Positions 19,885 through 30,548 of a stretch of 64,000 nt of DNA are shown in pieces (the stretch's first letter is position 1; each line of letters opens with the position of its first letter). The DNA comes from Bacteroidales bacterium (GTDB lineage: Bacteria; Bacteroidota; Bacteroidia; Bacteroidales; UBA12077): positions 2,446 through 66,445 of the forward strand of contig WTBR01000003.1 in NCBI GenBank assembly GCA_013138975.1, in the 5' to 3' direction. The notes beneath the pieces were generated by a model. The model ran no database searches and was not told the origin of the DNA. It saw only the letters and a list, made by a program, of their open reading frames with translations. Position numbers and translations under genes: made by a program.

Positions 19885-21072
19885 TTAAACTAATTCTTTT
19901 ACTAAATCAGCAGCTTCTTGAAGTGTAATTGCAGAATATACTTTCAAGCCGGAATCATCAATTATCTTTTTACCTTCTTCTGCATTTGTTCCTTGCAAAC
20001 GAACGATTACAGGAATTTTAATTGAACCAATAGCGTTATATGCATCTACAACTCCCTGAGCAACTCTATCGCAACGTACTATTCCTCCGAAAATATTAAT
20101 TAATATCGCTTTTACATTAGCATCTTTTAATATAATTCTAAATCCAGCTTCTACTGTTTCTGCATTTGCTGTCCCCCCTACATCCAAAAAGTTTGCAGGG
20201 TCACCTCCGGCTAATTTTATTATATCCATAGTAGCCATTGCCAAACCTGCACCATTAACCATACATCCAACGTCACCATCAAGTTTTACAAAATTCAGAT
20301 TATACTTAGCCGCTTCCAATTCATTTGGATCTTCTTCAGAGAAATCACGCATTTCTTCATATGCAGGATGTCTATACAATGCATTATCATCTATATTGAC
20401 TTTGGCATCAGCAGCAAAAACTCTATTATCTGAGGTCTTAAAAACAGGATTAATCTCAAATAAAGATGCATCACTATTCTCATATGCTGTATAAAGAGAA
20501 ATTACAAATTTCACCATTTCTTTAAACGCTTTCCCGCTTAAACCAAGATTAAATGCGATTCTTCGGGCTTGAAATCCTTGAATTCCTACTTTAGGGTCTA
20601 CTTCTTCTTTAAAAATTAAATGAGGTGTTTTTTCAGCTACTGTTTCAATATCCATTCCTCCTTCGGTTGAATACATTATAATGTTTCTTCCTGCTTCACG
20701 ATTTAACAGAACACTCATGTAAAATTCTTCAACTTCACTTTCTCCAGGGTAATAAATTCCTTGTTCAATTAGAATTTTACTCACTTTCTTGCCTTCCGAA
20801 CCTGTTTGATGAGTAATCAAATTCATTCCAATAATATCAGTAGCAAAAACTTTTACATCATCCAGCGATTTTGCGATTTTCACGCCTCCCCCCTTGCCTC
20901 TTCCACCAGCATGAATCTGTGCTTTCACAGCCCAAGTATCCGTACCTGTTTTTTCTTGGATTTGCTTTGCAGCTTCAATTGCATTTTCAGCATTTTCAAT
21001 AACAATTCCTTCAGGAATGGCTACACCGTATTGCTTTAATATACTTTTGGCTTGATATTCATGAATATTCAT
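19885..21072 (-). CDS. sucC: Succinate--CoA ligase (ADP-forming) beta subunit
   Basis: MNIHEYQAKSILKQYGV..., an ATP-grasp domain and the ...GGIVRCD ligase motif. Confidence 0.97.
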   Translation of the reverse strand: MNIHEYQAKSILKQYGVAIPEGIVIENAENAIEAAKQIQEKTGTDTWAVKAQIHAGGRGKGGGVKIAKSLDDVKVFATDIIGMNLITHQTGSEGKKVSKILIEQGIYYPGESEVEEFYMSVLLNREAGRNIIMYSTEGGMDIETVAEKTPHLIFKEEVDPKVGIQGFQARRIAFNLGLSGKAFKEMVKFVISLYTAYENSDASLFEINPVFKTSDNRVFAADAKVNIDDNALYRHPAYEEMRDFSEEDPNELEAAKYNLNFVKLDGDVGCMVNGAGLAMATMDIIKLAGGDPANFLDVGGTANAETVEAGFRIILKDANVKAILINIFGGIVRCDRVAQGVVDAYNAIGSIKIPVIVRLQGTNAEEGKKIIDDSGLKVYSAITLQEAADLVKELV

Positions 21073-21166
21073 ATTTATTATTTTACGTTTAAAATTAATA
21101 CTACTAAATTATTGTTTTTTTATACATTTAACCAATTTTTTGTTTATAAATTAATTAACTATAAAA

Positions 21167-21700
21167 ATGCGAAAATTAAAGAACAGCGAATTAAACCGAT
21201 TAAGTATTAACGATTTTAAAAAATCGGATAAAACTCCTTTAATTGTAGTACTCGATAATATTCGAAGTTTAAATAATATAGGAAGTGTTTTTAGAACCTC
21301 AGATGCGTTTCTAATAGAGAGAATAATTTTATGTGGTATAACAGCCATACCTCCGCATAAAGACATACACAAAACAGCATTAGGAGCGACAGATTCGGTA
21401 GATTGGGAGTATAATAAAGATACTTCTGATGCAATTAGTAAGCTTAAAAACGAAGGTTATATTATTGCTTCCATTGAACAAACAGAAAAAGCTGTTATGC
21501 TTCAAGACTTTAAGGTTGAAAAGAATAAAAAATATGCAATTGTTTTTGGCAATGAAGTAAAAGGTGTTCAACAAGAAATTGTTGATATGAGCGACAATGC
21601 AATAGAGATACCTCAATTTGGAACTAAGCACTCTTTAAATATTTCGGTTAGTGCAGGTGTTGTTCTATGGGAGTTTTTCAGAAATATAAAAGCAGTGTAA
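21167..21700 (+). CDS. TrmH/SpoU-family RNA 2'-O-methyltransferase
   Basis: NIGSVFRTSDAF, FGNEVKGV and SLNISVSAGVVL motifs. Confidence 0.85.
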   Translation: MRKLKNSELNRLSINDFKKSDKTPLIVVLDNIRSLNNIGSVFRTSDAFLIERIILCGITAIPPHKDIHKTALGATDSVDWEYNKDTSDAISKLKNEGYIIASIEQTEKAVMLQDFKVEKNKKYAIVFGNEVKGVQQEIVDMSDNAIEIPQFGTKHSLNISVSAGVVLWEFFRNIKAV

Positions 21701-21722
21701 AAAAACATTAAAAATTTAAAAT

Positions 21723-21755
21723 AAAAAAAGCGGTTCATCTCTGAACCGCTTTTTA
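21723..21755. terminator. Bidirectional rho-independent terminator
   Basis: The stem gcggttca/tgaaccgc is flanked by A7 and T5, between convergent genes. Confidence 0.75.
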
Positions 21756-21774
21756 TTATATTATTTCGAATTAC

Positions 21775-23493
21775 TTATTCAACGATAGTTTTGAAAGTAT
21801 CATTTTCAAAATAATTTCTAAATTCTAAATCAGTTTTAGCCATTTGCTTAAGATCAGCGTCTTTTTCAATTGCAGTTGTAAGGTTACTCATTACTGCAGC
21901 TTCATCACCTATTCTTGCATTAATAACAGCCTTTAGATAATAATTTAAAGGAACATCTTTCTCAACTACATCAATAGTTTTATTTGCTGAATCATTTTTA
22001 CCAGCTAATAACATTGATAATGCAGTATTGAATGTTTTATGGTTTTGGAAGTAATTAACCGCAGCTTCATACTCACCATCCATAATATTAATGATACCTA
22101 AGTTATAATCAACAGCATTTCCAGCATCCGTTGCATTTAAGAAATGAGATTTTGCAGTTTCTTTATCACCTTCCATAAGAGCAACAACTCCTAAGTTATT
22201 AGTAATAATTGCATCACCTTCTTTTAATTCGTTAGCTTTCTCTAAAGCAACTTTAGCATCAGTTAAGTTTCCTTGTAGGATATTAATATAAGCTAAGTTA
22301 TTAAATGCTCTAAAACAATCAGCATATTTTACAGTAGCAGCAGTATAAACAGCAGCTTTTGCTTCTAATCCTTCAATTAATTTACCTGCATACAATAATT
22401 CTTCTATATTTAAAGTATCAGGATTACTAACAGCTAATACAAGAAGCATTGAATCTGAATAACCAATTCTGTCAACTTTAACTAAAAGTTCTGATCTTCT
22501 TAATTGTGGTAAAATATCATCAGCTAACACTTCATAAGTAGCAGCTATATTTTTAATTTCTTTTTCACGAACAACAGGATCAGAATACATAGAAAGAACA
22601 CGTAAGATAAGATCTTTGTCTTCGATAGTTGAACCTTCAACTAAACTTTTAAAACCATCCCAATCTTCAGCTGTAGATTTTAAAGAATATAAAGTTGCAG
22701 CATCTTCTTTGCTAACTTTTGTTTTACCAATAACTTTAGTTAAATATTTATCAGCAGTTTTCTTTCTTTGCTCAGATAATCTTGTATTTAATTTTTCTGA
22801 TCCATCAGGTGAAGCATAAGCAGAAATTTCAATTCCTTTAAATTCTTCATTTTCAGTTTCATTAACAGTTTTAACAAACTCCTCAAGAGCAGCAATATCA
22901 TCAGCTTTTAATTCTGATCTACGTACTTTTGATTGTTGAATTAAATAATGAATGTCAGCCTCTTTAGTTTCAGAGATAACTCTTTGAAAATTGTCTTTAG
23001 CAGCAATTGGCATAGGATCAACCATTACCAATAATGGAGTAGAAACAGTACCATCACATAATTTGTAAGCAACTAAATCTAAAGTTTTATCTTTAATTGT
23101 AGCTAAACCTCTGATTTCAAGTTCGCCATTTCTCATAGCCTCTTGATACTTAAATTCACCAGCAAATTCGATAGAACCACCAGTTTCAAATGCGATTACT
23201 TTATTATTAGCTTCAACACTTTCACCTTGTAATGTTTTAGACTCTAAAACTTCTTCTCCTCCTTCATATTTGTACACTGGAGTAAATTCTACAATAGCTT
23301 TTTTGTTGAACCATTCAGCAGGAATATCACCTTTTAATTCATACTTTACTACACCTGCGTGCATTTCAAGTGGATTTGGTGTTACACTATACTGAATATT
23401 AGAAGCTTCTTCTTTCATTTTATCCAATCCACCACAGCTACTTAAAAGTATTGCAGCAAATAAGAAAGATGCTAAATAGTTAATTCTTTTCAT
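21775..23493 (-). CDS. TPR-repeat lipoprotein (function unknown)
   Basis: Lipobox ...LLSSCGG, an OmpA-like-looking segment SAYASPDGSEKLNTRLSEQRKKTADKYL, and C-terminal TPR-like repeats. Confidence 0.6.
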   Translation of the reverse strand: MKRINYLASFLFAAILLSSCGGLDKMKEEASNIQYSVTPNPLEMHAGVVKYELKGDIPAEWFNKKAIVEFTPVYKYEGGEEVLESKTLQGESVEANNKVIAFETGGSIEFAGEFKYQEAMRNGELEIRGLATIKDKTLDLVAYKLCDGTVSTPLLVMVDPMPIAAKDNFQRVISETKEADIHYLIQQSKVRRSELKADDIAALEEFVKTVNETENEEFKGIEISAYASPDGSEKLNTRLSEQRKKTADKYLTKVIGKTKVSKEDAATLYSLKSTAEDWDGFKSLVEGSTIEDKDLILRVLSMYSDPVVREKEIKNIAATYEVLADDILPQLRRSELLVKVDRIGYSDSMLLVLAVSNPDTLNIEELLYAGKLIEGLEAKAAVYTAATVKYADCFRAFNNLAYINILQGNLTDAKVALEKANELKEGDAIITNNLGVVALMEGDKETAKSHFLNATDAGNAVDYNLGIINIMDGEYEAAVNYFQNHKTFNTALSMLLAGKNDSANKTIDVVEKDVPLNYYLKAVINARIGDEAAVMSNLTTAIEKDADLKQMAKTDLEFRNYFENDTFKTIVE

Positions 23494-23571
23494 AGTTTGA
23501 TTGAGTTATTTGTTTTTAAATTGCTAGTTCAGTTTTTGCTCTTAAAATACAAACTTAATATGTTTTCGTTT

Positions 23572-23588
23572 AAAAAAAAAAAAAAAAG
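23572..23588. repeat. A17/T17 homopolymer
   Basis: Counted directly: 17 consecutive A on the plus strand, 79-95 nt upstream of the minus-strand lipoprotein gene start at 23493. Confidence 0.95.
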
Positions 23589-23612
23589 CCTAAAATATGT
23601 ATTTATAAGGGA

Positions 23613-24248
23613 TTATATGGTTATTCTGTTTATTCCGATCGGATAATCTTTCTTAAAAATCAACTCTTTTACTTTTGAGTAATCTCCTTGATTTTCAACA
23701 AAATCCATATCATTTGAGTCAATTATTAAATACTTTATATCGTTTTGCTGCTTAAAGAAGTCGAAATAACCCTCTTGAAGTTTTAATAAATACTCTTGAC
23801 TTATTTCTTTTTCGTAATCTCTACCACGCTTTGCAATGTTATTTGCTAAATTATTAACGTCTATATGCAAATAAATATATAAATCAGGCTTAGGAATTGA
23901 TTTATAAATAATATCAAATATTTGTCGATAAAGATTGTATTCATCCTCTTTTAAAGTAGCACGTGCAAAAATTAAAGATTTCATGAAAAAATAATCAGCA
24001 ACGGTAAATGTTTTAAACAAGTCCCTTGAAGTTAATTCTTTATTTAATTGATGATAACGTTCTGCCAAAAAGGATAGTTCAAGTTGAAAAGAATATTTAT
24101 CAGGTTCTTTATAAAATTTAGGAAGAAAAGGATTATCTTCAAACTGCTCTAATATAAGTTTAGCATTATATTCTTCAGCAATCATCTTAGACAAGGTGGT
24201 TTTACCTGCTCCTATATTTCCCTCAATTACAATATAATTTAAATTCAC
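23613..24248 (-). CDS. Deoxynucleoside kinase
   Basis: P-loop IEGNIGAGKTTL, an ERS-like ...LSFLAERY segment, and a typical dNK length. Confidence 0.85.
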   Translation of the reverse strand: MNLNYIVIEGNIGAGKTTLSKMIAEEYNAKLILEQFEDNPFLPKFYKEPDKYSFQLELSFLAERYHQLNKELTSRDLFKTFTVADYFFMKSLIFARATLKEDEYNLYRQIFDIIYKSIPKPDLYIYLHIDVNNLANNIAKRGRDYEKEISQEYLLKLQEGYFDFFKQQNDIKYLIIDSNDMDFVENQGDYSKVKELIFKKDYPIGINRITI

Positions 24249-24262
24249 CGATTTTATTTATT

Positions 24263-24299
24263 AAAAAACTGCTCCAAAGATAAAGTTCAAAGCAGTTTT
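24263..24299 (-). terminator. Probable terminator of the prolyl oligopeptidase gene
   Basis: The stem aaactgct/agcagttt (17-nt loop) is followed by a T-run on the minus strand. Confidence 0.45.
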
Positions 24300-24334
24300 A
24301 ATTATAAAATATTAAGCCTTTTTATAAACAATTT

Positions 24335-26458
24335 TTATTTTAATCCAAAATTTGGAGTTTCTCCCATATTATAGAATGCAAAAGACCATTTATCAGTAGC
24401 TTCTTGAATTTTCATACTTATTGATTTTCCTGAGCCATGACCTGCTTTTGTTTGGATTCTGATAAAAGTTGGATTTTTTCCAGTGTATTTTTCCTGCAAA
24501 GTAGCAATATATTTAAATGAATGGGCAGGAACAACTCTATCATCATTATCAGCCGTAACAACCATTATAGCAGGATAATCAATGTCTTTCCGAATATTAT
24601 GTAATGGAGAATAATTATACAAGTTTTGAAAATGAATTGAATCTGCACTAAATCCATATTCTTCAATCCAAGCCCAACCAATAGTAAATTTATGATAGCG
24701 TAGCATATCCAATACTCCTACTTCAGGAAATGCCACTTTAAATAAATCCGGACGTTGATTAACAACTGCACCAATTAACAATCCACCGTTTGATTCACCT
24801 TGAATAGTAAGTTTTTCCGACGATGTATATTTTTCCTCAATTAAATATTCAGAAGCAGCTATAAAGTCATCATATACATTTTGTTTATTTAAACGGATTC
24901 CTGCTCTATGCCAGTTCTCTCCATATTCTCCTCCACCTCGAATATTTGCTAAAGCAAAAACGCCTCCATTCTCTAACCAAATTAGCCTATCCTCTTCAAA
25001 ATAAGGCAACTTCCTAGCACCAAATCCTCCATAAGCATATAATAAAGTCGGATTTTTTCCATTAAGTTCTAAGCCTTTTTTATATACAATAAACATTGGG
25101 ATTTTTATACCATCTTTACCTTTATAAAAGATTTGCTTTGTTTCATATTCCGAGGCATTAAAATTAATCTGAGGCTCAAAATAAATCTCACTTTTTTTAG
25201 TTTCTACATTATGTTTAAAAATGGTTGAAGCTACAGTAAATGATTTAAAAGTATAAAACACTTCATTACTATTTACTGAGCTATTAATATCACTTACACT
25301 ACCTAAGGCTGGTAATTCAATATCATATAAATAGCTACCTTTAATATTATATACTTCTAATTTAGTTTTTACATCCTGCAAATATGTGGCAATAATTTTA
25401 TCACCGGCCAAAGCACATTTTTCTAAAATTTCCTTTTTTTCAGGTAAAACATCAATCCAATTACCAATATTAAGTGAATTAACATTTATTCGTACTAATT
25501 TATACTTTGGTGCATTGAAGTTTGTTAAAACAAAAAGATTATCTCCAACTTGATCTAATACATCATAGTCATAATTAAATCCCTTTGTTAACATAACGAA
25601 ACCATCCTTTTTTTGTAAATTCTTTACATACAGATTATTTCCACTGGTCGATTCCGTTTCATATATAAATAAATACTTTTCATCACCTGAAACTTCAGCG
25701 GTGTAATTTCTAAATGGATAATCTTTATCTTCAAAAACAATTTTATCTTCAATTGTTGGAGTTCCTAGTTTATGATAATATATTTTATGAAATTCATTTA
25801 AACCTGATAATTCTTCTCCTACTTTTGATTCAAGGTATCTGCTATAATAAAATCCATCTTTATACCATGCAATTTTAGAAAACTTTACCCATGTTATATG
25901 ATCCTCAAGATCTTGTTTTGTTTCTATGTCACGCACTAATATTTCTTGCCAATCGGAACCACCGCGGGAAATTTGATATGCTATATATTTTCCATCTTTA
26001 GAAATAGCATACACACTGCTCATTGATGCAGTTCCATCATCTGATAATTCATTCGGATCAACTAATATCTCTGCATTCTCTTCCAATGAATTTTGCACAT
26101 ATAAAACATGTTGCTCTTGCAAACCATCATTTTTAAAAAAGAAATATTTATCTCCTACTTTAGACGTAGATTCTATTGTTTCATAATCCCACAATTCAGT
26201 AAGGCGATTTTTAATTTTTTCTCTAAAAGGAATCTTAACCAAATAACTTTGAGTTAACTCATTTTGAGCACGAACCCAGCTTTCTGTTTCCTCAGAATTA
26301 TCATCTTCCAACCAACGATATGGATCTTTTACTTCTTCACCAAAATAATTATCAACTTGATTAACTTTCTTTGTATCTGGATAGTTAAATTTAGATTTAT
26401 TGCATGATACACCTATGATTGAAAGTAATAAAATAATAAGAAATACTTTTTGCTTCAT
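24335..26458 (-). CDS. Prolyl oligopeptidase (S9A) family serine peptidase, lipoprotein
   Basis: DPYRWLED near the N-terminus, a beta-propeller region, the nucleophile motif GESNGG, and ...DDRV...H in the C-terminal catalytic domain. Confidence 0.9.
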   Translation of the reverse strand: MKQKVFLIILLLSIIGVSCNKSKFNYPDTKKVNQVDNYFGEEVKDPYRWLEDDNSEETESWVRAQNELTQSYLVKIPFREKIKNRLTELWDYETIESTSKVGDKYFFFKNDGLQEQHVLYVQNSLEENAEILVDPNELSDDGTASMSSVYAISKDGKYIAYQISRGGSDWQEILVRDIETKQDLEDHITWVKFSKIAWYKDGFYYSRYLESKVGEELSGLNEFHKIYYHKLGTPTIEDKIVFEDKDYPFRNYTAEVSGDEKYLFIYETESTSGNNLYVKNLQKKDGFVMLTKGFNYDYDVLDQVGDNLFVLTNFNAPKYKLVRINVNSLNIGNWIDVLPEKKEILEKCALAGDKIIATYLQDVKTKLEVYNIKGSYLYDIELPALGSVSDINSSVNSNEVFYTFKSFTVASTIFKHNVETKKSEIYFEPQINFNASEYETKQIFYKGKDGIKIPMFIVYKKGLELNGKNPTLLYAYGGFGARKLPYFEEDRLIWLENGGVFALANIRGGGEYGENWHRAGIRLNKQNVYDDFIAASEYLIEEKYTSSEKLTIQGESNGGLLIGAVVNQRPDLFKVAFPEVGVLDMLRYHKFTIGWAWIEEYGFSADSIHFQNLYNYSPLHNIRKDIDYPAIMVVTADNDDRVVPAHSFKYIATLQEKYTGKNPTFIRIQTKAGHGSGKSISMKIQEATDKWSFAFYNMGETPNFGLK

Positions 26459-26653
26459 CTGTTTACAATTTACTAATTAGCTATACTCTGCCAATTAAGA
26501 TTCTAGTTTATATTCTTTTAATTTTTCAAAGCTAATATAAATAGTCATGTTATAATAAACAAGCTATTAACCAATTTTATCAATTAGGTAAATTTATAAA
26601 AGAATTAAATATATTCAAAATGTATATGTAAATGAAATGCGAGGTACTAAAAC

Positions 26654-26684
26654 AAAAAAGCAGAGATAAATCTCTGCTTTTTTT
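26654..26684 (-). terminator. Rho-independent terminator of pnp
   Basis: The stem gcagag/ctctgc sits immediately after the stop and is followed by a T-run on the minus strand. Confidence 0.75.
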
Positions 26685-26686
26685 AG

Positions 26687-28852
26687 TTATTTTTTTTCTT
26701 CTCCGTCTGACGGACGAGTAGGATTATCCTTTTTTTCGGGCTTTGGTAGCAACGCTTTTCTCGAAAGTTTTAGCTTACCATTTCGTTGATCAATCTCAAT
26801 TACTTTAACCTCTATTTCGTCTCCTTCTTTTAAAACTTCTTCAACTTTTTCAAGTCTTTTCCATGCAATTTCAGATATATGAAGTAAGCCATCTTTTCCT
26901 GGAAGTATTTCAACAAATGCACCAAATGCTACAATTGATTTAACTTTTCCTTGATATACTTTTCCAACTTCAGGTACTTCAATTATACCATTTACACGTG
27001 CAAGAGCAGCATCAATAACATCTTTATCTTCAGCAAAGATATCAACAATACCTATATCACCTTCTTGTGTAATAGTAATTGTAGCTCCTGTTTTTTCCTG
27101 AATATCTTGAATTACTTTTCCTCCTGGACCAATAACTGCACCAATCATTTCTTTAGGAATTGTTATTTGTACAATTCTAGGAGTATGTGGTTTAAATTCA
27201 GCTCTTGGTTCTGATATTGTTTTAAGCATTTCCCCAAGGATATGCATTCTTCCTTCTTTTGCTTGTTCTAAAGCTTTGTTCATAATTTCATATGACAAAC
27301 CTTCGATCTTAATATCCATTTGACAAGCAGTAATTCCATCAACAGTACCTGTTACTTTAAAGTCCATATCACCTAAATGATCTTCATCACCAAGAATATC
27401 AGAAAGAACTGCAAATTTATCACCATCGGTAATTAAACCCATTGCGATACCTGAAACTGGCTTCTTCAATTTAATACCAGCGTCCATTAGTGCAAGAGTA
27501 CCTGCACAAACTGTAGCCATTGAAGATGAACCATTAGATTCTAAGATATCAGAAACAACCCGGATTGCATATGGATTTTCTTCTCCTTTAGGAACCATTC
27601 CTTTTAAAGCTCTATATGCTAAATTTCCATGCCCTACTTCACGTCTGCCAACACCTCTATAAGGACGTGCATCACCAGTTGAGAAAGGCAAGAAATTATA
27701 ATGCAATACGAATTTCTCTTTTCCCTGTATTAAAACTTGATCGATAACTTTCTCGTCTAGCTTAGTTCCTAAAGTTACTGTTGTTAAGGATTGTGTTTCA
27801 CCACGAGTAAATATTGCAGAACCATGCGCTGCTGGTAAATAATCAACTTCACTCCAGATTGGACGGATCTCATTAGTTTTACGACCATCTAAACGCATTC
27901 CTTCATCTAAAATTAGATTACGAACTGCTTTTTTCTCTACTTCATCATGAAAATATTTAGCTACTAGCTTAACATTAACTTCTTCATCTTCATTCTCAGC
28001 TTGCAACTTTTCAACATATGCTACTTCTGCTGCTTTAAAAGCTTCAGATCTTTCGTGCTTTGATTTTTGTGATTTAGCTATTTCGTATACCTGATCGTAT
28101 AAATCAGTTTGAATTCTTTTTCTTAATTCCTCATCGTTTGTTTCGTGACAATATTCACGTTTTACAATCTTAAGTTCTTCAGCTAATTCTAACTGTGCTT
28201 TACATTGCAATTTAATTGCTTCGTGCGCTATTTTAATTGCTTCTAACATTTCTTGTTCAGAAACCTCATCCATTTCACCCTCAACCATCATTACATTATC
28301 GAGAGTTGCAGCAACCATTATATCAATATCTGCACTTTCTAATTGTGTGAAAGTAGGATTAATCACAAATTTACCTTCTACTCTTGCAACTCGAGTTTCT
28401 GAAATTGGTCCATGAAAAGGAATATCGGAAACACTTAATGCGGCTGAAGCTGCTAAACCAGCTAATGCATCAGGCATAATATCTGAATCTGCTGAAATAA
28501 GCTGAACATTTACAAATGTTTCAGCGTGAAAATCATCTGGGAATAATGGACGTAAAGCTCTATCAACTAAACGTGACACTAATATTTCATAATCATTTGC
28601 TCGTCCTTCGCGTTTTAAAAATCCGCCAGGATAACGACCCAATGATGCATATTTTTCTTTATACTCTACTGACAAGGGCATAAAATCCATGTCTTCTCGT
28701 GCTTCTTTAGCTGACACTACTGTTGCTAAAAGCATTGTACGCCCCATTCTTACTACAACTGACCCATCGGCTTGTTTTGCCAATTTCCCAGTTTCAATTG
28801 TTATTGATCTTCCCTCGCCAAGATCAATTGTTTTTTCAATTACTTTATACAT
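26687..28852 (-). CDS. pnp: Polyribonucleotide nucleotidyltransferase (PNPase)
   Basis: Two RNase PH domains, a KH domain (IGPGGKVIQ) and an S1 domain (GKVYQGKV...FGAFVE), directly downstream of rpsO. Confidence 0.97.
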   Translation of the reverse strand: MYKVIEKTIDLGEGRSITIETGKLAKQADGSVVVRMGRTMLLATVVSAKEAREDMDFMPLSVEYKEKYASLGRYPGGFLKREGRANDYEILVSRLVDRALRPLFPDDFHAETFVNVQLISADSDIMPDALAGLAASAALSVSDIPFHGPISETRVARVEGKFVINPTFTQLESADIDIMVAATLDNVMMVEGEMDEVSEQEMLEAIKIAHEAIKLQCKAQLELAEELKIVKREYCHETNDEELRKRIQTDLYDQVYEIAKSQKSKHERSEAFKAAEVAYVEKLQAENEDEEVNVKLVAKYFHDEVEKKAVRNLILDEGMRLDGRKTNEIRPIWSEVDYLPAAHGSAIFTRGETQSLTTVTLGTKLDEKVIDQVLIQGKEKFVLHYNFLPFSTGDARPYRGVGRREVGHGNLAYRALKGMVPKGEENPYAIRVVSDILESNGSSSMATVCAGTLALMDAGIKLKKPVSGIAMGLITDGDKFAVLSDILGDEDHLGDMDFKVTGTVDGITACQMDIKIEGLSYEIMNKALEQAKEGRMHILGEMLKTISEPRAEFKPHTPRIVQITIPKEMIGAVIGPGGKVIQDIQEKTGATITITQEGDIGIVDIFAEDKDVIDAALARVNGIIEVPEVGKVYQGKVKSIVAFGAFVEILPGKDGLLHISEIAWKRLEKVEEVLKEGDEIEVKVIEIDQRNGKLKLSRKALLPKPEKKDNPTRPSDGEEKK

Positions 28853-29028
28853 ATTACATTTCTTTAGTTAACCTGCACTTTGCAGGAGTTTTTTATATTA
28901 CTCTCACTTGTTTTCTTAAATTGCAATTATTCAAAAATATTCTGTTTGCAATATTGTCTTACTGAACAAACAATATTATAAAAAGTTTATATAAACAGCT
29001 AAGTAAAAATATTTTCTATTGTTATATT

Positions 29029-29057
29029 AAAAAAGGCAATTATTAAATTGCCTTTTT
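29029..29057 (-). terminator. Terminator/attenuator after rpsO
   Basis: The stem ggcaat/attgcc is followed by a T-run on the minus strand, 6 nt after the rpsO stop. Confidence 0.7.
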
Positions 29058-29062
29058 CTGTA

Positions 29063-29335
29063 TTATTTACGTATTTTAAGTTCTTTTATTAAAACTCGAT
29101 ATTTTTCTACATCTCGGTCTTTTAAATAATCAAGTAGTCTTCTTCTTTTACCAACAAGTCTAAGAAGAGCCCTTTGAGTACTATAATCTTTTCTGTTTGT
29201 TTTCAGGTGACCTGTCAAATGACTAATTCGATGAGTAAAAAGAGCAATCTGTCCCTCTGTTGAACCTGTATTAGTTTCCGACTTCCCAAACTCCTTAAAA
29301 AATTCTTGCTTTTTTTCTGCTGTTAAATAGTTCAT
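29063..29335 (-). CDS. rpsO: 30S ribosomal protein S15
   Basis: 90 aa, with GSTEGQIALFT.RI..LT.HLK...KD..S.R.L..LVGKRR.LL.YL. Confidence 0.97.
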   Translation of the reverse strand: MNYLTAEKKQEFFKEFGKSETNTGSTEGQIALFTHRISHLTGHLKTNRKDYSTQRALLRLVGKRRRLLDYLKDRDVEKYRVLIKELKIRK

Positions 29336-29519
29336 ACTATCCGTTTTATTTTAATTAATCTATTATATACACTTTAAGACGTGCAAAAGTATTTATTTTT
29401 TTTCATTTTACAAGACATTTGAGTAAAAAAAATTCATTATTTTGATTTAAAAAACTCTTAAAATCTAAGATTAAAACATTAATAATCATTTGGAATATAA
29501 ATATTTAAACAATAAGAAT

Positions 29520-30548
29520 TTAACCTTGCAATAATACTTTTTTCAATTTACCAATTTGTTCGGGACTGCCTAAAACAAAGATTTGATCTTTATTTGAAAT
29601 CTTTACATCTGCCGATGGATTTACAACATAATTGTTATCTGATGTTTTTAATCCAATTATATTTGCACCTGTAGTTGTTCTTATCGACCATTCACCTATT
29701 GATTTTTCGGTAAATTTCACAGACATATTTTCACAAGATATTTCCTCAATATATGCTTCTTCGCTTTCGCGAAGCATTATAAATTCTAAAAAATCAACAA
29801 TGTCGGGTTGAGCTACAAGCTTTGCCATTCGTTGCCCTCCTATTTTATCAGGCATAATTACATTGGTTGCACCAGCGCTTCGGAGCTTTCTGTCGGAATT
29901 AAAATTCGATGCCCTGCTAATAATTTTCATTTCAGGATTCATTGTTTTTGCGGTTAAAACAACAAATAAATTATCGGCATCTTTGGGTAATGCTGTTATT
30001 AAAGCTTGTGCCTTTTCTATTTTTGCATCAAGCAATGTTTCATCTTGTGTTGCATCCCCTTGAATATACAGTAAATTAACATCTTCCCGTATTTTTTCAA
30101 TAATAGCATCGTCACTATCAATAACAACAACCGGGAATTTGTGCCTGATTAGTTCTTTGATTGCCTGATTACCATTGCGACCATAGCCAACAACAATAAC
30201 ATGATTACTGAGTTTTTCGATTTTAGTTTTCACTTTATTATCTTTTAAATAATTTCTTAAAACACCATCAACAATATATTTGGTAAAAGTTGTAACTGCA
30301 TATGCAAATATCCCAAAACTGATAATAATTAAAAATGCAGTAAAAAACTGCCCTAATCCGGATAGTGGGTGAACTTCTCTAAAACCTACTGTAGATATCG
30401 TAATGATTGTCATAAAAACAGCTTCGGAAATTGTAAATCTTTCGATTAAAACATAACCAACTGTCCCTATAACAACAACCAATAACAATAAAGTTATTGC
30501 TACATACATGGATCTAATATTTTCTTTTCCTAATCTAGCGGCTTTCAT
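29520..30548 (-). CDS. Potassium channel protein with RCK/TrkA-N and TrkA-C domains
   Basis: Two TM helices plus a pore (TISTVGFRE), a Rossmann segment VIVVGYGRNG and a C-terminal TrkA-C domain. I chose the start at Met16 of the track ORF, which gives an ATGA overlap with the upstream gene. Confidence 0.8.
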   Translation of the reverse strand: MKAARLGKENIRSMYVAITLLLLVVVIGTVGYVLIERFTISEAVFMTIITISTVGFREVHPLSGLGQFFTAFLIIISFGIFAYAVTTFTKYIVDGVLRNYLKDNKVKTKIEKLSNHVIVVGYGRNGNQAIKELIRHKFPVVVIDSDDAIIEKIREDVNLLYIQGDATQDETLLDAKIEKAQALITALPKDADNLFVVLTAKTMNPEMKIISRASNFNSDRKLRSAGATNVIMPDKIGGQRMAKLVAQPDIVDFLEFIMLRESEEAYIEEISCENMSVKFTEKSIGEWSIRTTTGANIIGLKTSDNNYVVNPSADVKISNKDQIFVLGSPEQIGKLKKVLLQG

